Shown: positions 1-9,336 of the stretch, piece by piece
Layout of the letters: each line of letters opens with the position of its first letter
How positions within the stretch are numbered: position 1 is the first letter of the stretch
Assembly (NCBI GenBank): GCA_947647555.1
Contig: CANSKT010000002.1
Coordinates: 12,967 to 76,966, forward strand
Source of the DNA: an uncultured Peptococcaceae bacterium
GTDB taxonomy: Bacteria; Bacillota; Dehalobacteriia; UBA4068; UBA4997
Length of the DNA stretch: 64,000 bases
Reading direction: 5' to 3'
Translations under genes and position numbers: made by a program
Notes under the pieces: generated by a model
What the model saw: the letters and a program-made list of their open reading frames with translations, nothing else
What the model was told of the DNA's origin: nothing
Databases searched by the model: none

Positions 1-1
1 A

Positions 2-352
2 CATGTTGAGCAATGTTTTCCGGCGGAGTTAACCTTAAGCGATATCCGCCATGTGGAGTTGGCGCGCGCGCTGGTTTGCAGCCCACCCATTCTGTTGCTG
101 GACGAACTGACCGCCAATTTAGACGACGACAGCATCTGGGATATCTTCCACCTGCTCATGGAACTAAACAATAAAGGCATTACGATTGTTATGATAACCC
201 ACGCCAGCCGTTACGTCAACATTATGCGCAAGCGTGTTATCACACTGGTAGACGGCCAGCTGGTCGGCGATATACATAACGGCCGCTATGCGCAAACCAC
301 CGCCAGCCAGCCCAAGGTTGTTTTTAAAACCAGCGCTGGCAGCCGCAAATAA
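2..352 (+). CDS. ABC transporter ATP-binding protein, C-terminal part; the 5' end lies upstream of the window
   Basis: Translation contains the ABC signature/Walker B region (LLLDELTANLDDDS) and an H-loop (MITHAS). The frame is open from window position 2. Confidence 0.75.
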   Translation, partial: HVEQCFPAELTLSDIRHVELARALVCSPPILLLDELTANLDDDSIWDIFHLLMELNNKGITIVMITHASRYVNIMRKRVITLVDGQLVGDIHNGRYAQTTASQPKVVFKTSAGSRK

Positions 353-356
353 CAAT

Positions 357-1433
357 TCAACAGACCTGCTGATTAACAAAAATCCGCCAGGCCAGCATTG
401 CCCCGGCCACAAAACTGGCCAAAGCCACCGGCATAGCCAGCGCCGCATAAAGCAGGCCGCCGCTCAACTGACCCACCGACATCAGCGCCACAAACTGCGC
501 CTGATACAACGGCAACAGCACCACCAGACGAAACAGCGCGCTGCTCTCCGCCACCGGCAAAACCACCGGCAGCAGATAAACCGCCACAGCCGCGCCAAAC
601 GCCGCCAGCTGACTGCGACAAAGCGCCGAAAATAACAGGCCGAGCCCGCCCACACTGCCGGCACTGCCCAGCGCCAGCAAAATTTGATAAGCCAAAAGCT
701 GCGCACAACTGATATTGCAGGGAATATAATTTTCACTGAACTCCGCCGGCGCAAACAGAATACTGCAATCCAGCCCCTCGGTGCCGTATAAGGCCAGCGC
801 CAGCCCCAAATTTACCGCCAGCGTTAACAATGTAACCCCAACCGCCGCCAGCAGTGCGGCTATTATTTTGGCCAAACAACCGGCCTGCGGCCCCCGGCGG
901 CTGGTTAAAATAAGATTATTAACCCCCTCATATTCACCGGCAAAAACCGGCACCAGCATAATAATAATTGCCAGCGCCAACGCCACCAGCGCTTTAACCA
1001 GATTTTGGCTGCTGGTCAGCCAACCCAGAATATAACCGATTTTGATTGGCTCCGCCCCAAAAACTCCGGCAACCGTCTGGCCGTTCCAGCCAGCGTCCAA
1101 ATCTACAAAACGCACAAACAGCGCCGACTGTATGGCGTTATGATAAAGATACACCGGATTAAGACCGTGCAAATCCCCTTGCAGCTGCATATCAGCCAGC
1201 ATCTGCTGCACCTTCTCATCAGTCAGCCAACCAGCATAGTGCGCCGCCACTTCCTTATCAATGCGCACCGCTTCTCCGCCGCGGCCCTCCTGACTTTTGC
1301 CGTCAAAAGCATACATATTCAAATAACCGGAAACGCCCAACAGCACGGAAAGTAGCAGCACCGCCGCCAGCGCCAGCTGCGCCGAACGCCGGGCAAAAAT
1401 CTTTTTCAACTCAAACTCAACCAATTTTAACAT
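357..1433 (-). CDS. ABC-2 family transporter permease (multi-pass membrane protein)
   Basis: Hydrophobic multi-TM protein immediately downstream of an ABC ATPase. Start chosen at MLKLVEFELKK, which has a GGGAGGGG RBS 10 nt upstream. Overlaps the upstream ATPase gene by 17 nt. Confidence 0.65.
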   Translation of the reverse strand: MLKLVEFELKKIFARRSAQLALAAVLLLSVLLGVSGYLNMYAFDGKSQEGRGGEAVRIDKEVAAHYAGWLTDEKVQQMLADMQLQGDLHGLNPVYLYHNAIQSALFVRFVDLDAGWNGQTVAGVFGAEPIKIGYILGWLTSSQNLVKALVALALAIIIMLVPVFAGEYEGVNNLILTSRRGPQAGCLAKIIAALLAAVGVTLLTLAVNLGLALALYGTEGLDCSILFAPAEFSENYIPCNISCAQLLAYQILLALGSAGSVGGLGLLFSALCRSQLAAFGAAVAVYLLPVVLPVAESSALFRLVVLLPLYQAQFVALMSVGQLSGGLLYAALAMPVALASFVAGAMLAWRIFVNQQVC

Positions 1434-2169
1434 TATCGCTCGCCCCTCCCTGACAATAATAAAGATAAACCTGCTCCAGATTGGCCGCGCCAATTTCTGT
1501 CATCAGTTCCGCCTGCCGGCCGCTGCGCACTACCCGACCATTTTCCAGCAAAATAATCTCCGGCGCGCTCAAAGCTACATCGGAAATGATATGAGTGGAA
1601 AGCAGCACGATACAATCCGCCGCCAGCACTTTCAACAGCTGCCGAAAACGCACTCGCTCCGTAGGGTCCAGCCCGGCCGTCGGCTCATCAAAAAGCAGAA
1701 TTTGGGGATTGCCCAATAACGCCTGCGCAATCCCCAAACGCTGCTTCATACCGCCGGAAAAGCTTTTAATTCGCTGCCGGCGGCGCGCCTGCTCGCTTAA
1801 ACCCACCGCCGCCAAAAGCTGCCCGGCCTGCTTTTGTGCCGCCGCCGCATTTAGCCCCTTGAGCGCCGCAACATAAAGCAAAAACTCTCTGGCCGTAAAA
1901 TCCGGATAATAAGCAAAATTCTGCGGCAGATAACCCAACAGCCGCCGATAATCCGCGCCCAACCCCTTAATATTCTGACCGTCCAACAGAATTTGGCCAC
2001 GGCTGGGACGCAGCAAATTGGTAAGCAGGCGCATTAATGTACTTTTGCCGGCTCCGTTCGCCCCCAACAGCCCATAAACGCCCTTATGCAGCCGGAGATT
2101 TACCCCGTTTACCGCCATTTTGCGGCCGCCGGCATACTCCTTGTATAAATCAATCGTTTGCAGTTCCAT
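1417..2169 (-). CDS. ABC transporter ATP-binding protein
   Basis: Walker A (GANGAGKST), ABC signature (FSGGMKQR) and Walker B (LLFDEPTAGLD). Start at MELQTIDLYKEY with an AGAGAGGGG RBS. Confidence 0.85.
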   Translation of the reverse strand: MELQTIDLYKEYAGGRKMAVNGVNLRLHKGVYGLLGANGAGKSTLMRLLTNLLRPSRGQILLDGQNIKGLGADYRRLLGYLPQNFAYYPDFTAREFLLYVAALKGLNAAAAQKQAGQLLAAVGLSEQARRRQRIKSFSGGMKQRLGIAQALLGNPQILLFDEPTAGLDPTERVRFRQLLKVLAADCIVLLSTHIISDVALSAPEIILLENGRVVRSGRQAELMTEIGAANLEQVYLYYCQGGASDNVKIG

Positions 2170-2268
2170 ATCCAAACCCCTCTCTAAAACAAAATACAAG
2201 CTATACCCTCATGCCTGTTAAGCAAAGTATAGCTTGTATTTTTCTACTTTTTATCTATATTTTGAATT

Positions 2269-3432
2269 TTATTGCGAACCGGCAAAATAAGCCAAAACCT
2301 TTGCGCCGCCGCCCTCGCCGCGATTGTCCAGCTGCAAATAACCGCCATGCTTCTGACAAAGCAGCCGGCAAATATAAAGACCCAGCCCGAAATGTGCCGC
2401 TCGGTCTGCCTCGCCGGAAAAATAAGGCTCGGCGGCCTGGCGCAGACTATCCGGCGCAAAACCGGGGCCGTCGTCGTCAACGGTCAGCAACAGGCCGCCC
2501 GCCTGTGCCTGCAAGTTTAAACTCACCTGCCGCCCGGCATAGCGCGCCGCATTCTCCAGCAAATTATTAGCCGCCCGGCTGACAAATTCCATATCAACGC
2601 AGACTTCCGTTGCCGGCTGCCAATCCAGACGCAATTCTTTACCCTGCCGCGCGCAAATAATCTGGGCGCTTTCCGCCAGCTGCTCATGCAAAACCTCCAG
2701 CGATAACCGACGACGACTGGGCTGTAATTCCTCCAGCCGCTGCAAATGGCTCATGCCGGCCGTATAATTTTCCAGCCGGGCAATATGCCGGCTCATGGTT
2801 GCAGCCGTGGCACTGGTCGTCTTATCCGGGCTTAATTGCAATATTTCATTATAGCCCTTTAACACGGTCAGCGGCGTGCGCAGGTCATGCGCAAAAGCGG
2901 CGTTCAGCCGCCGGCGCTCCTCCGCCAACCGCCACATCTCGGCCAGATTAGCCGCCAGCCGGGCGCGCATACGCTCAAAGGACTGGCAAAGCTGACCCAG
3001 TTCATCAGGGCTGGCATAATTTACGGCAAAATCCAAATCATCATCAGCAATTTTTTCCGCCGCCAACAACAACTCCCGCAGCGGCTTTTTCAGCCGGTTG
3101 CGATAAAACAGCCAGACCGCCGCGCCGATAGCCATACCGGCCTCACGCGGCGCAGCCGCCATACCCAGCCAGACCAGCGCCTCCAGCAGCCGCTCATCAG
3201 ACGCGGAGAATGCCTCCGGCTCGGCGCCGATATAAGCGCCCTCGCCCAACTGCTCGCCCTGCGCGTTAGTCAGGTAATATTTCTCCCCGACAGGCGGATA
3301 AGCCGCCCGGATATTTTCCTCCGCCCGGTCGCAGGCCGCCGCCGTCAACAGTGAGAACAGCAGCGCCAGCAAAGCGCAAACCAGCACATATGCCAGCAAA
3401 CTCTGGCGCAATGATAATTTTATTTGCGCCAT
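2269..3432 (-). CDS. sensor histidine kinase (HisKA + HATPase_c)
   Basis: N-terminal TM segment, H-box (AHDLRTPLT) and a G-box region (GLGLYI). Start chosen at MAQIKLS. Overlaps the stop of the response regulator gene. Confidence 0.8.
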   Translation of the reverse strand: MAQIKLSLRQSLLAYVLVCALLALLFSLLTAAACDRAEENIRAAYPPVGEKYYLTNAQGEQLGEGAYIGAEPEAFSASDERLLEALVWLGMAAAPREAGMAIGAAVWLFYRNRLKKPLRELLLAAEKIADDDLDFAVNYASPDELGQLCQSFERMRARLAANLAEMWRLAEERRRLNAAFAHDLRTPLTVLKGYNEILQLSPDKTTSATAATMSRHIARLENYTAGMSHLQRLEELQPSRRRLSLEVLHEQLAESAQIICARQGKELRLDWQPATEVCVDMEFVSRAANNLLENAARYAGRQVSLNLQAQAGGLLLTVDDDGPGFAPDSLRQAAEPYFSGEADRAAHFGLGLYICRLLCQKHGGYLQLDNRGEGGGAKVLAYFAGSQ

Positions 3433-4106
3433 TTGTAGCCGCACCCCCAAACCGTTTCAATATACGTCTGCTCCGGCCGCAGCGCGGCAATTTTGCTCCG
3501 TATCCTGCGGATATGCTCCGCCACCACGCTGCTTTCGCCATCGCTGTCCCAGCCCCAAACGCGCTCATAAATATGCTCCCGGGCAAAAACCTGACCCGGA
3601 TTTTGGGAAAGTAATTCCACTATGGCAAATTCCTTTTTCGGCAAATTGAGCCGCTGCTCGCAAAAAAACAGACAACGCTGGGCATAATCAATCGTCAAAT
3701 CGCCAGCAAATTTAACCTGCGCCGCCGCGCCCCGGCGCGCCTCCCGGCGCAGATGCGCGCGCACTCTGGCCGCCAGCTCCGCCAGAGAAAACGGCTTGAC
3801 AATATAATCATCACCGCCGGCCGCAAATCCGCGCAGCTTATCGGCCTCCTCAATCCGCGCCGTCAGAAACAAAATTGGACAAGTCACATAATTTCGTATT
3901 CGCTCACACACCTTAAAGCCGTTCATATCCGGCATATTAATATCCAGCAGGATAATATCTGGCCGCCGCTCGGCCAGCCGCAAGGCTTCCTCTCCATTGC
4001 TGGCGCGCCAGACCGTATAACCCTGTGCGCTGAAAAAGCCGGCCAGCATCGTTACAATATCCGCTTCATCATCAGCAATTAATATCTTCGCCGCCAAAAA
4101 GCCCAC
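3420..4106 (-). CDS. OmpR-family DNA-binding response regulator
   Basis: Receiver domain (ILIADDE...DIILLDINMPDMNG) plus a winged-helix C-terminus (YIETVWGCGYKW). The start may be the TTG 9 nt downstream, which has a GGGGGTG RBS. Confidence 0.9.
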   Translation of the reverse strand: MGFLAAKILIADDEADIVTMLAGFFSAQGYTVWRASNGEEALRLAERRPDIILLDINMPDMNGFKVCERIRNYVTCPILFLTARIEEADKLRGFAAGGDDYIVKPFSLAELAARVRAHLRREARRGAAAQVKFAGDLTIDYAQRCLFFCEQRLNLPKKEFAIVELLSQNPGQVFAREHIYERVWGWDSDGESSVVAEHIRRIRSKIAALRPEQTYIETVWGCGYKWRK

Positions 4107-4168
4107 CCCCAGGCTTAATTATAAAGCAGTTTTTTCAACTTTTTATCTACTCCTGCAATTTTTGCCGC

Positions 4169-5470
4169 TTATTCCACACTCCGCACCGCGCCGATAAACA
4201 GCGGCAGCTGCTCCCGGCAGTCAATCAGCAGATAAACAAACGGCCGGTTTAATTCGACAATCTTGAGATTTTCTTCCGAGGGCATAGCGCCGCATTCTAT
4301 TTCCACAGCCGTAACCGCGGCGGCTTTGGTACCCTGCTCGTCAACCTCAATATGCGTTTTATGCAGAACCTCGCTAATAAACAGATTTTGCCCGTCCAGC
4401 AAGGTTGCCATAGCGCTGAAGTCTGCCAGTTCGGCGTCAAAAGCGTCCACCATGCCCATACGCTGCAACACATCACGCATTTTCAACTCATAATCGCCCG
4501 TAAACCTGGGAATTGCAACGGAAACTTCCTGCTCCTCCGCGTTTTGCAGCAGCTGATACAGCTTATCACCGCTCAAGGCGGCCACATAATCGTCCAGCCG
4601 CACGCCTACCGCCGGCAACAGCCCCACAAAGGCATAATCCCGACCGGCATAGTATTTGATAAAGCCGGTGGTGTTCTCGTCCTGCAAATAAACTTGCTCC
4701 GTACTATACATAAAATTAACCTTACGCTGGCCGCCGCCCTCTTTGGTGAAAATATCTAAACGCACCTGCCTGTCAATATAAGGCTCCTCCCAATCCGCCT
4801 CAAAAGCCAGCGCATTAATCAGATAACTAACCGCTGCCGGTGAAATTTGCTGCAAAATACTGTCAATCATACCCTCCGTATGCAGCTTCACCCAGTCATT
4901 AATCTTCGTCAGCGTTTCTGCGTCAAAAGGCTCCTGATAAACCGCCGCCCCGTGATAAGCGGCGTTAAGCTGCAAAAACTCCGGCTGCACGGTCATACCC
5001 ACGCCGTCTTTCAGCCAGATTGAATTAGCCACATGCAAATGACTTTGCTCCGTCTGCGGCAAAGCCGCCACATAGGCCTGCAAATAGGCGTTCAACTGGG
5101 GTAATGGCAGACCGAAAGTATTTTCCATTTGGGCCAAAGTATCGCCTGTCGCGCCATTAGCGGTCATGGTCAGCGCCAGCAGCACAGAAACCGGCGAAAT
5201 CAGCATGTTTTTCTGCTTCTCCGGCTGCTCCTGCCAGCTTTGCCGCAACAACTGCATCGTAAAATCATATACCGCCGCTGGCTCCGTACCGTCTGGCTGA
5301 ACGCCCTCCGCCAACTGCACCGGCTCAACATCATTTAACAGGTTGTCAGTATCCACCTGTCTGGGCTTAACATCATTCAGCAGATTATCAGTATCTGCCT
5401 GTTCAGACGTACAGCCAGCCAAAACTGCCAGCAAAACACAAATTACGCCCATAATTATAATTTTTTTCAT
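4169..5470 (-). CDS. serpin-family (serine protease inhibitor) lipoprotein
   Basis: Lipobox LAGC after the signal peptide. Serpin core motifs are present (NSIWLKDG, FTKEGGGQRKVNFMYS, C-terminal NRPFVYLLID). N-terminal tandem peptide repeat DTDNLLNDV(K/E)P. Start at MKKIII with a GGAGGG RBS. Confidence 0.8.
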   Translation of the reverse strand: MKKIIIMGVICVLLAVLAGCTSEQADTDNLLNDVKPRQVDTDNLLNDVEPVQLAEGVQPDGTEPAAVYDFTMQLLRQSWQEQPEKQKNMLISPVSVLLALTMTANGATGDTLAQMENTFGLPLPQLNAYLQAYVAALPQTEQSHLHVANSIWLKDGVGMTVQPEFLQLNAAYHGAAVYQEPFDAETLTKINDWVKLHTEGMIDSILQQISPAAVSYLINALAFEADWEEPYIDRQVRLDIFTKEGGGQRKVNFMYSTEQVYLQDENTTGFIKYYAGRDYAFVGLLPAVGVRLDDYVAALSGDKLYQLLQNAEEQEVSVAIPRFTGDYELKMRDVLQRMGMVDAFDAELADFSAMATLLDGQNLFISEVLHKTHIEVDEQGTKAAAVTAVEIECGAMPSEENLKIVELNRPFVYLLIDCREQLPLFIGAVRSVE

Positions 5471-5513
5471 CACTAGCACCCTCCTTGTTCATCTATCATA
5501 ACAGACACACGCA

Positions 5514-5553
5514 AAAAAAGCAACGATGTAGCCTGAAAGCGTATCGTTGCTTT
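5514..5553 (-). terminator. rho-independent terminator
   Basis: Inverted repeat AAGCAACGAT...ATCGTTGCTT. A T7 run follows it on the minus strand, so minus-strand transcription stops before the serpin promoter. Confidence 0.6.
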
Positions 5554-5577
5554 TAATTGCCAACCAGTAAGCAGCAA

Positions 5578-5766
5578 TTATTTTTGCTCCTCCTCCGGTT
5601 CCGGGTTTACCAGATTATTTTCTGCATCATAAACCCAGGCTTTGCTGATTTGGCCATTCTCTCCATATTCATAATCTATGTACCACAGCATAGTGCCATC
5701 ATCAGCATAACACTCCCCACTCCTGTTTTTTGTAATATTATTATAAATCCAGTCAGTTTTTTGCTG
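5578..5766 (-). pseudogene. C-terminal gene remnant with no start codon (...GECYADDGTMLWYIDYEYGENGQISKAWVYDAENNLVNPEPEEEQK*)
   Basis: 62-codon minus-strand open frame with protein-like composition. It ends in a stop codon followed by the terminator above. It has no ATG/GTG/TTG start or RBS at its 5' end, which abuts the XRE operator region. Confidence 0.3.
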
Positions 5767-5774
5767 TTATAATT

Positions 5775-5819
5775 ATACTCAATCTTTGAGTATTTGTCAA
5801 TACTCAATTTATGAGTATT
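5775..5819 (+). promoter_or_regulatory. two palindromic operator-like sites inside a sigma-A-like promoter upstream of the XRE regulator
   Basis: Perfect palindrome ATACTCAA-TCT-TTGAGTAT (5775-5793). Second palindrome AATACTCA-ATTT-ATGAGTATT (5799-5819). TTGTCA (5794-5799), a 16-nt spacer and TATTAT form a promoter-like element. Confidence 0.5.
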
Positions 5820-5853
5820 ATATGATATTGTAAAAAACCCGGAGGACAAAAAA

Positions 5854-6072
5854 GTGGATTACCGTACACGTATTCGTGACATCAGAGAAGACCGTGATTA
5901 TACCCAGGCGCAAATCGGCCAGATTTTGCATAAATCGCAGCAGGGCTATAACCACATTGAAGCCGGCCGCGCCGAATTAAAAATTGACGATTTAATTATC
6001 CTCTGCCAGTTTTATAACCTTTCCGCCGATTATGTAATCGGGCTGATTGATACGCCAACAGCCCTAAAATAA
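5854..6072 (+). CDS. XRE-family helix-turn-helix transcriptional regulator
   Basis: HTH_3 pattern (TQAQIGQILHKSQQGYNHIEAG). GTG start with a GGAGGA RBS 8 nt upstream. Confidence 0.8.
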   Translation: MDYRTRIRDIREDRDYTQAQIGQILHKSQQGYNHIEAGRAELKIDDLIILCQFYNLSADYVIGLIDTPTALK

Positions 6073-6093
6073 TTTTAAATTCAGTCCAAAAAT

Positions 6094-6450
6094 TTATGAT
6101 TTGGCCCGGCTGAACAAGGCCGCCAGAAATGAGAAAATAATTGCGGCGGAAACACCAGCCCCGATTACTTCAAAAATACCGGTAAGCAGCCCCAACCAGC
6201 CATTTTGTGAAAATTCCTGCATTGCGCCTTTCACCAGAGAATTGCCAAAGCTGATAATCGGCGTGGTGGCGCCGGCACCGGCCAGTTCAATCAGCGGCTG
6301 ATACCAGCCCAGACCGCCCAAAATGCAGCCCAGAACCACAAAGCTTACCATTGTATGCGCCGGGGTAAGCTTGCAGCCCTGCATCAACAGCTGCCCGGCC
6401 ACGCAGAACAGACCGCCAACCACAAACGCCCAGAAGAAATTTTGCCACAT
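6094..6450 (-). CDS. spoVAEb: stage V sporulation protein AE (SpoVAEb)
   Basis: 118-aa multi-TM protein of the SpoVAC/SpoVAEb family. It is the last gene of a C-D-Eb gene order. Confidence 0.75.
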   Translation of the reverse strand: MWQNFFWAFVVGGLFCVAGQLLMQGCKLTPAHTMVSFVVLGCILGGLGWYQPLIELAGAGATTPIISFGNSLVKGAMQEFSQNGWLGLLTGIFEVIGAGVSAAIIFSFLAALFSRAKS

Positions 6451-7479
6451 TTACTCCACCTCCCAGCTGACGGCATGCGCAATGCCGGGGATACTTTCCT
6501 TTTGCTGTACGGAAAGCGGCGAGAGCAGCGCGCCGGTGGCTATCAGCAGAACGCGCCGCAAATTGCCGGCCGCCATCTGCCGCCGAATATGCCCACAGGC
6601 CGTGGCCGCAATACAGCCGCAGCCAGAGCCGCCAGCCAAATTCTTCGGCTCATCACTGAAAATCATTTTGCCGCTGTCATTAAGCTGCTTGTCCGGCAGA
6701 AAAAGCCCCTCTTTCAGCAGCAATTCCTGCAAAAGCGGACTGCCCACGCGCCCCAAATCGCCGGTCAGAATTAAATCATAATAATCCGGCGGCACCTGCC
6801 GCTCCTTAAAATGCGCCAACAGGCAGGCACAGGCCGCCGGTGCCATGGCCGCGCCCATATTAAAGGGATCTGTTACGTTTAAATCTACCACCTTGCCAAT
6901 CGTGGCCGAGGTTATCTTTACCGGCCGCAGTTCCGTCTTACGCGCCATCTGGCCGATTACCGCCGCCCCGGCGCCGGTTACCGTAATTTGGGTGGTTTCG
7001 TTTTTCTGCGCGCCATATTCATTGGGATAACGGAACTGCTTCTCCGCCGCGTTGGTATGGCTGCTGGTGCTGGACAAAGCCTGCTGCGCCGCACCGCTGG
7101 CCACCGCCAGCGCCGCCAAAGCCTGGCCCTCGGCAAAGGTGGAACAAGCGCCGAAAATGCCCAGATAAGGCAAACCCAGACTGCGCGCCGTAAAACTGCT
7201 GCTGGTAATCTGGTTCAGCAAGTCGCCGGAAAAATGCAAATCAACCTCATCTCGCCCCAGCCCGGCATGACGCACCGCCAAATTGCAGGCTTCCTCCAAC
7301 ATTTTCTGCTCGGCCGCCTCAAAACTTTTCTGGCCTAAATAATTATCCTTGTGTATTACATCAAAATCCTCCGCCAAAGGCCCGGCTCCCTCGCGCTTGC
7401 CCACCACGGCCGCGCTGCCCAAAAGCAGCGGCGCCGGCGCAAAAAGCCAGGTCTGGCGGCCAGCCTGCATAACACTCAT
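6451..7479 (-). CDS. spoVAD: stage V sporulation protein AD (SpoVAD), thiolase-like fold
   Basis: 342 aa with thiolase-like motifs (GDLLNQ, CSTFAEGQALAA). Sits between spoVAC and spoVAEb with 4-nt overlaps. Confidence 0.85.
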   Translation of the reverse strand: MSVMQAGRQTWLFAPAPLLLGSAAVVGKREGAGPLAEDFDVIHKDNYLGQKSFEAAEQKMLEEACNLAVRHAGLGRDEVDLHFSGDLLNQITSSSFTARSLGLPYLGIFGACSTFAEGQALAALAVASGAAQQALSSTSSHTNAAEKQFRYPNEYGAQKNETTQITVTGAGAAVIGQMARKTELRPVKITSATIGKVVDLNVTDPFNMGAAMAPAACACLLAHFKERQVPPDYYDLILTGDLGRVGSPLLQELLLKEGLFLPDKQLNDSGKMIFSDEPKNLAGGSGCGCIAATACGHIRRQMAAGNLRRVLLIATGALLSPLSVQQKESIPGIAHAVSWEVE

Positions 7480-7982
7480 AAAGCGCCACCTCCCAGGCTA
7501 TAATAAAGCGCCGTCACAATGCTGACGACAAAGGCCGCCGCCGCGCCAAAGACGATTACCGGCCCGGCCACCTTGAACATATTGCCGCCCACGCCCAACA
7601 CCAGACCCTCGCTGCGGTATTCCAGCGCCGCCGAGGAAACGCTGTTGGCAAAGCCGGTTATCGGCACGGCGCTGCCGGCCCCGGCCAGCTGAGAGATATG
7701 GTCATAAACGCCCAACATCGTCAGAATAACAGCCAGCAAAATCATAACCGCCGATGTTGGCGCACCAACATTTTCCAGATTAAACCCCTGCCGCAGCAGA
7801 ATTTCCTGCACACCCTGTGCCAACAGGCAGATTAAACCGCCTGTCCAAAACGCATTAAAACAGTTGCGCAGCAAATGTGAGGGCGGCTTCTGGCTTTGCT
7901 GCATATTTTGATAGACCTGCTCCGCCGCCTGCTGCCGCAGAGCAGCGCTGCTGGGGTTGGCCTTTTGCGCTTTTTTGCTCAT
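7476..7982 (-). CDS. spoVAC: stage V sporulation protein AC (SpoVAC)
   Basis: SpoVAC family membrane protein. Start at MSKKAQK with a GAAAGGAG RBS. Confidence 0.8.
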   Translation of the reverse strand: MSKKAQKANPSSAALRQQAAEQVYQNMQQSQKPPSHLLRNCFNAFWTGGLICLLAQGVQEILLRQGFNLENVGAPTSAVMILLAVILTMLGVYDHISQLAGAGSAVPITGFANSVSSAALEYRSEGLVLGVGGNMFKVAGPVIVFGAAAAFVVSIVTALYYSLGGGAL

Positions 7983-8117
7983 AAAAAACACTCCTTTCAA
8001 CTCCAAAACCAACTTTTTCGCCAAAAGTATCAAAAAATATTCTGCCAGAAACAAAGCAATTTTATACCTGCATAAATCAAGCGCCAGACAGGCAAAATAA
8101 AAGCATAATTTTGGATA

Positions 8118-8897
8118 ATGGAGGCGCTTACATTGCTTTTAATAATTCGCACAGCCATTTTATACGCCGTAACCATGGTTTCCATGCGTGTCATGGGCAA
8201 ACGGCAGATTGGCCAGCTGCAACCGTTTGAACTTGTGGTTATCCTGATTATCTCGGAAATGGCCACCATGGGCGTGCAGAGTAACGGCACGCCGCTTTTA
8301 AACAGCCTGCTGCCGATTATTACCATTACCGTGCTACAAATTGCCATCGCCCTTATCAACCTGAAAAGCGAGAGTTTTCGGCTGCTGGTCTGCGGCAAAC
8401 CAAGCTTTGTTATCCGCAATGGTGAAATTCTGGAGGAACAAATGCGCCGGCTGCGCTTAAACACCAATGATTTGCTGGAGCAGCTGCGCGCCAAAGGCTA
8501 TTTTAACGTAGCTGAGGTTGAATTTGCCCTGATGGAAACCAACGGCCAGCTTTCCGTGATGCCGCGCGCCGATAAAAGACCGGTGCAGCCGGCGGATTTG
8601 GCGCTGCAAATTCAGCATGAAACGCCGGCGCTGACCCTGATTATCGACGGCAAGGTACAGGAAAAACACCTGCAAAATCTGGGGCATGACCAGCACTGGC
8701 TACAAAAAAAACTGGCCGCTTATAGTATAAGCTCGCCAGCCGATGTGTTTTTTATGAGTATTGATAATCTGGGGCATATTTTCTGCCAGCTGAAAAGCCG
8801 GGGCAACGGCAGTCCGGCGCCGATACGCGAGGGCGCGCAAACCGCACCGGCCGGCTCCGGCCATGGCTGCACGCCGGCGCAGGCCAATCATTCCTGA
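8118..8897 (+). CDS. DUF421 (YetF/YdfS-like) membrane protein
   Basis: N-terminal two-TM region followed by a DUF421-type soluble domain (VIRNGEILEEQMRRLRLNTNDLLEQLR). Divergent from the spoVA operon. Confidence 0.7.
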   Translation: MEALTLLLIIRTAILYAVTMVSMRVMGKRQIGQLQPFELVVILIISEMATMGVQSNGTPLLNSLLPIITITVLQIAIALINLKSESFRLLVCGKPSFVIRNGEILEEQMRRLRLNTNDLLEQLRAKGYFNVAEVEFALMETNGQLSVMPRADKRPVQPADLALQIQHETPALTLIIDGKVQEKHLQNLGHDQHWLQKKLAAYSISSPADVFFMSIDNLGHIFCQLKSRGNGSPAPIREGAQTAPAGSGHGCTPAQANHS

Positions 8898-8927
8898 TAA
8901 ACAACTATTAAAAAGGAGGCATTATAA

Positions 8928-9326
8928 ATGCGTTTGGGTTATAACGCCCGGCTTAGTCTGGGGCTGATAGTGATAACAGTGCTGACGCTGGCTTTCTGCT
9001 GGCAAACTTCCGTTTATATTGAAAAAACCGCCGATAATCTGGCGGTTTATTTGACTGAAGTGCGCGGCGCGGTGCAGGCCGAGGACTGGCCGGCCGCCGA
9101 CCGCTCCCTGCAACAGGGACTTACAGGCTGGCAGCAGGCGCGCCCTTTCTGGCTGGGGCTGTTAAATCATCAGGACGTTATCAATATTGATTTGGCACTG
9201 CACAGTCTGGCCGCTTTTGCGCAGGAGCAGCGCACCGACGAGGTTTTTAATCAGCTTTCCCTGCTGGATTATTACCTGAAACTGGCCGTGGAAAGTGATA
9301 AGGTCAATTTAAGCAACCTTTTTTAA
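8928..9326 (+). CDS. DUF4363-like small membrane-anchored protein
   Basis: Single N-terminal TM segment and a strong AAGGAGG RBS. This type of protein is typically paired with DUF421 genes. Confidence 0.6.
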   Translation: MRLGYNARLSLGLIVITVLTLAFCWQTSVYIEKTADNLAVYLTEVRGAVQAEDWPAADRSLQQGLTGWQQARPFWLGLLNHQDVINIDLALHSLAAFAQEQRTDEVFNQLSLLDYYLKLAVESDKVNLSNLF

Positions 9327-9336
9327 ATCTTGACAA

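Noticed and set aside
164-1355. Several 80-120-aa ORFs (164-448, 288-635, 373-708, 482-754, 781-1035, 1005-1355) overlapping the ABC genes
   Set aside because: They are antisense or out-of-frame relative to well-supported genes, and their Arg/Ala/Gly-rich low-complexity translations are typical GC-rich artefacts.
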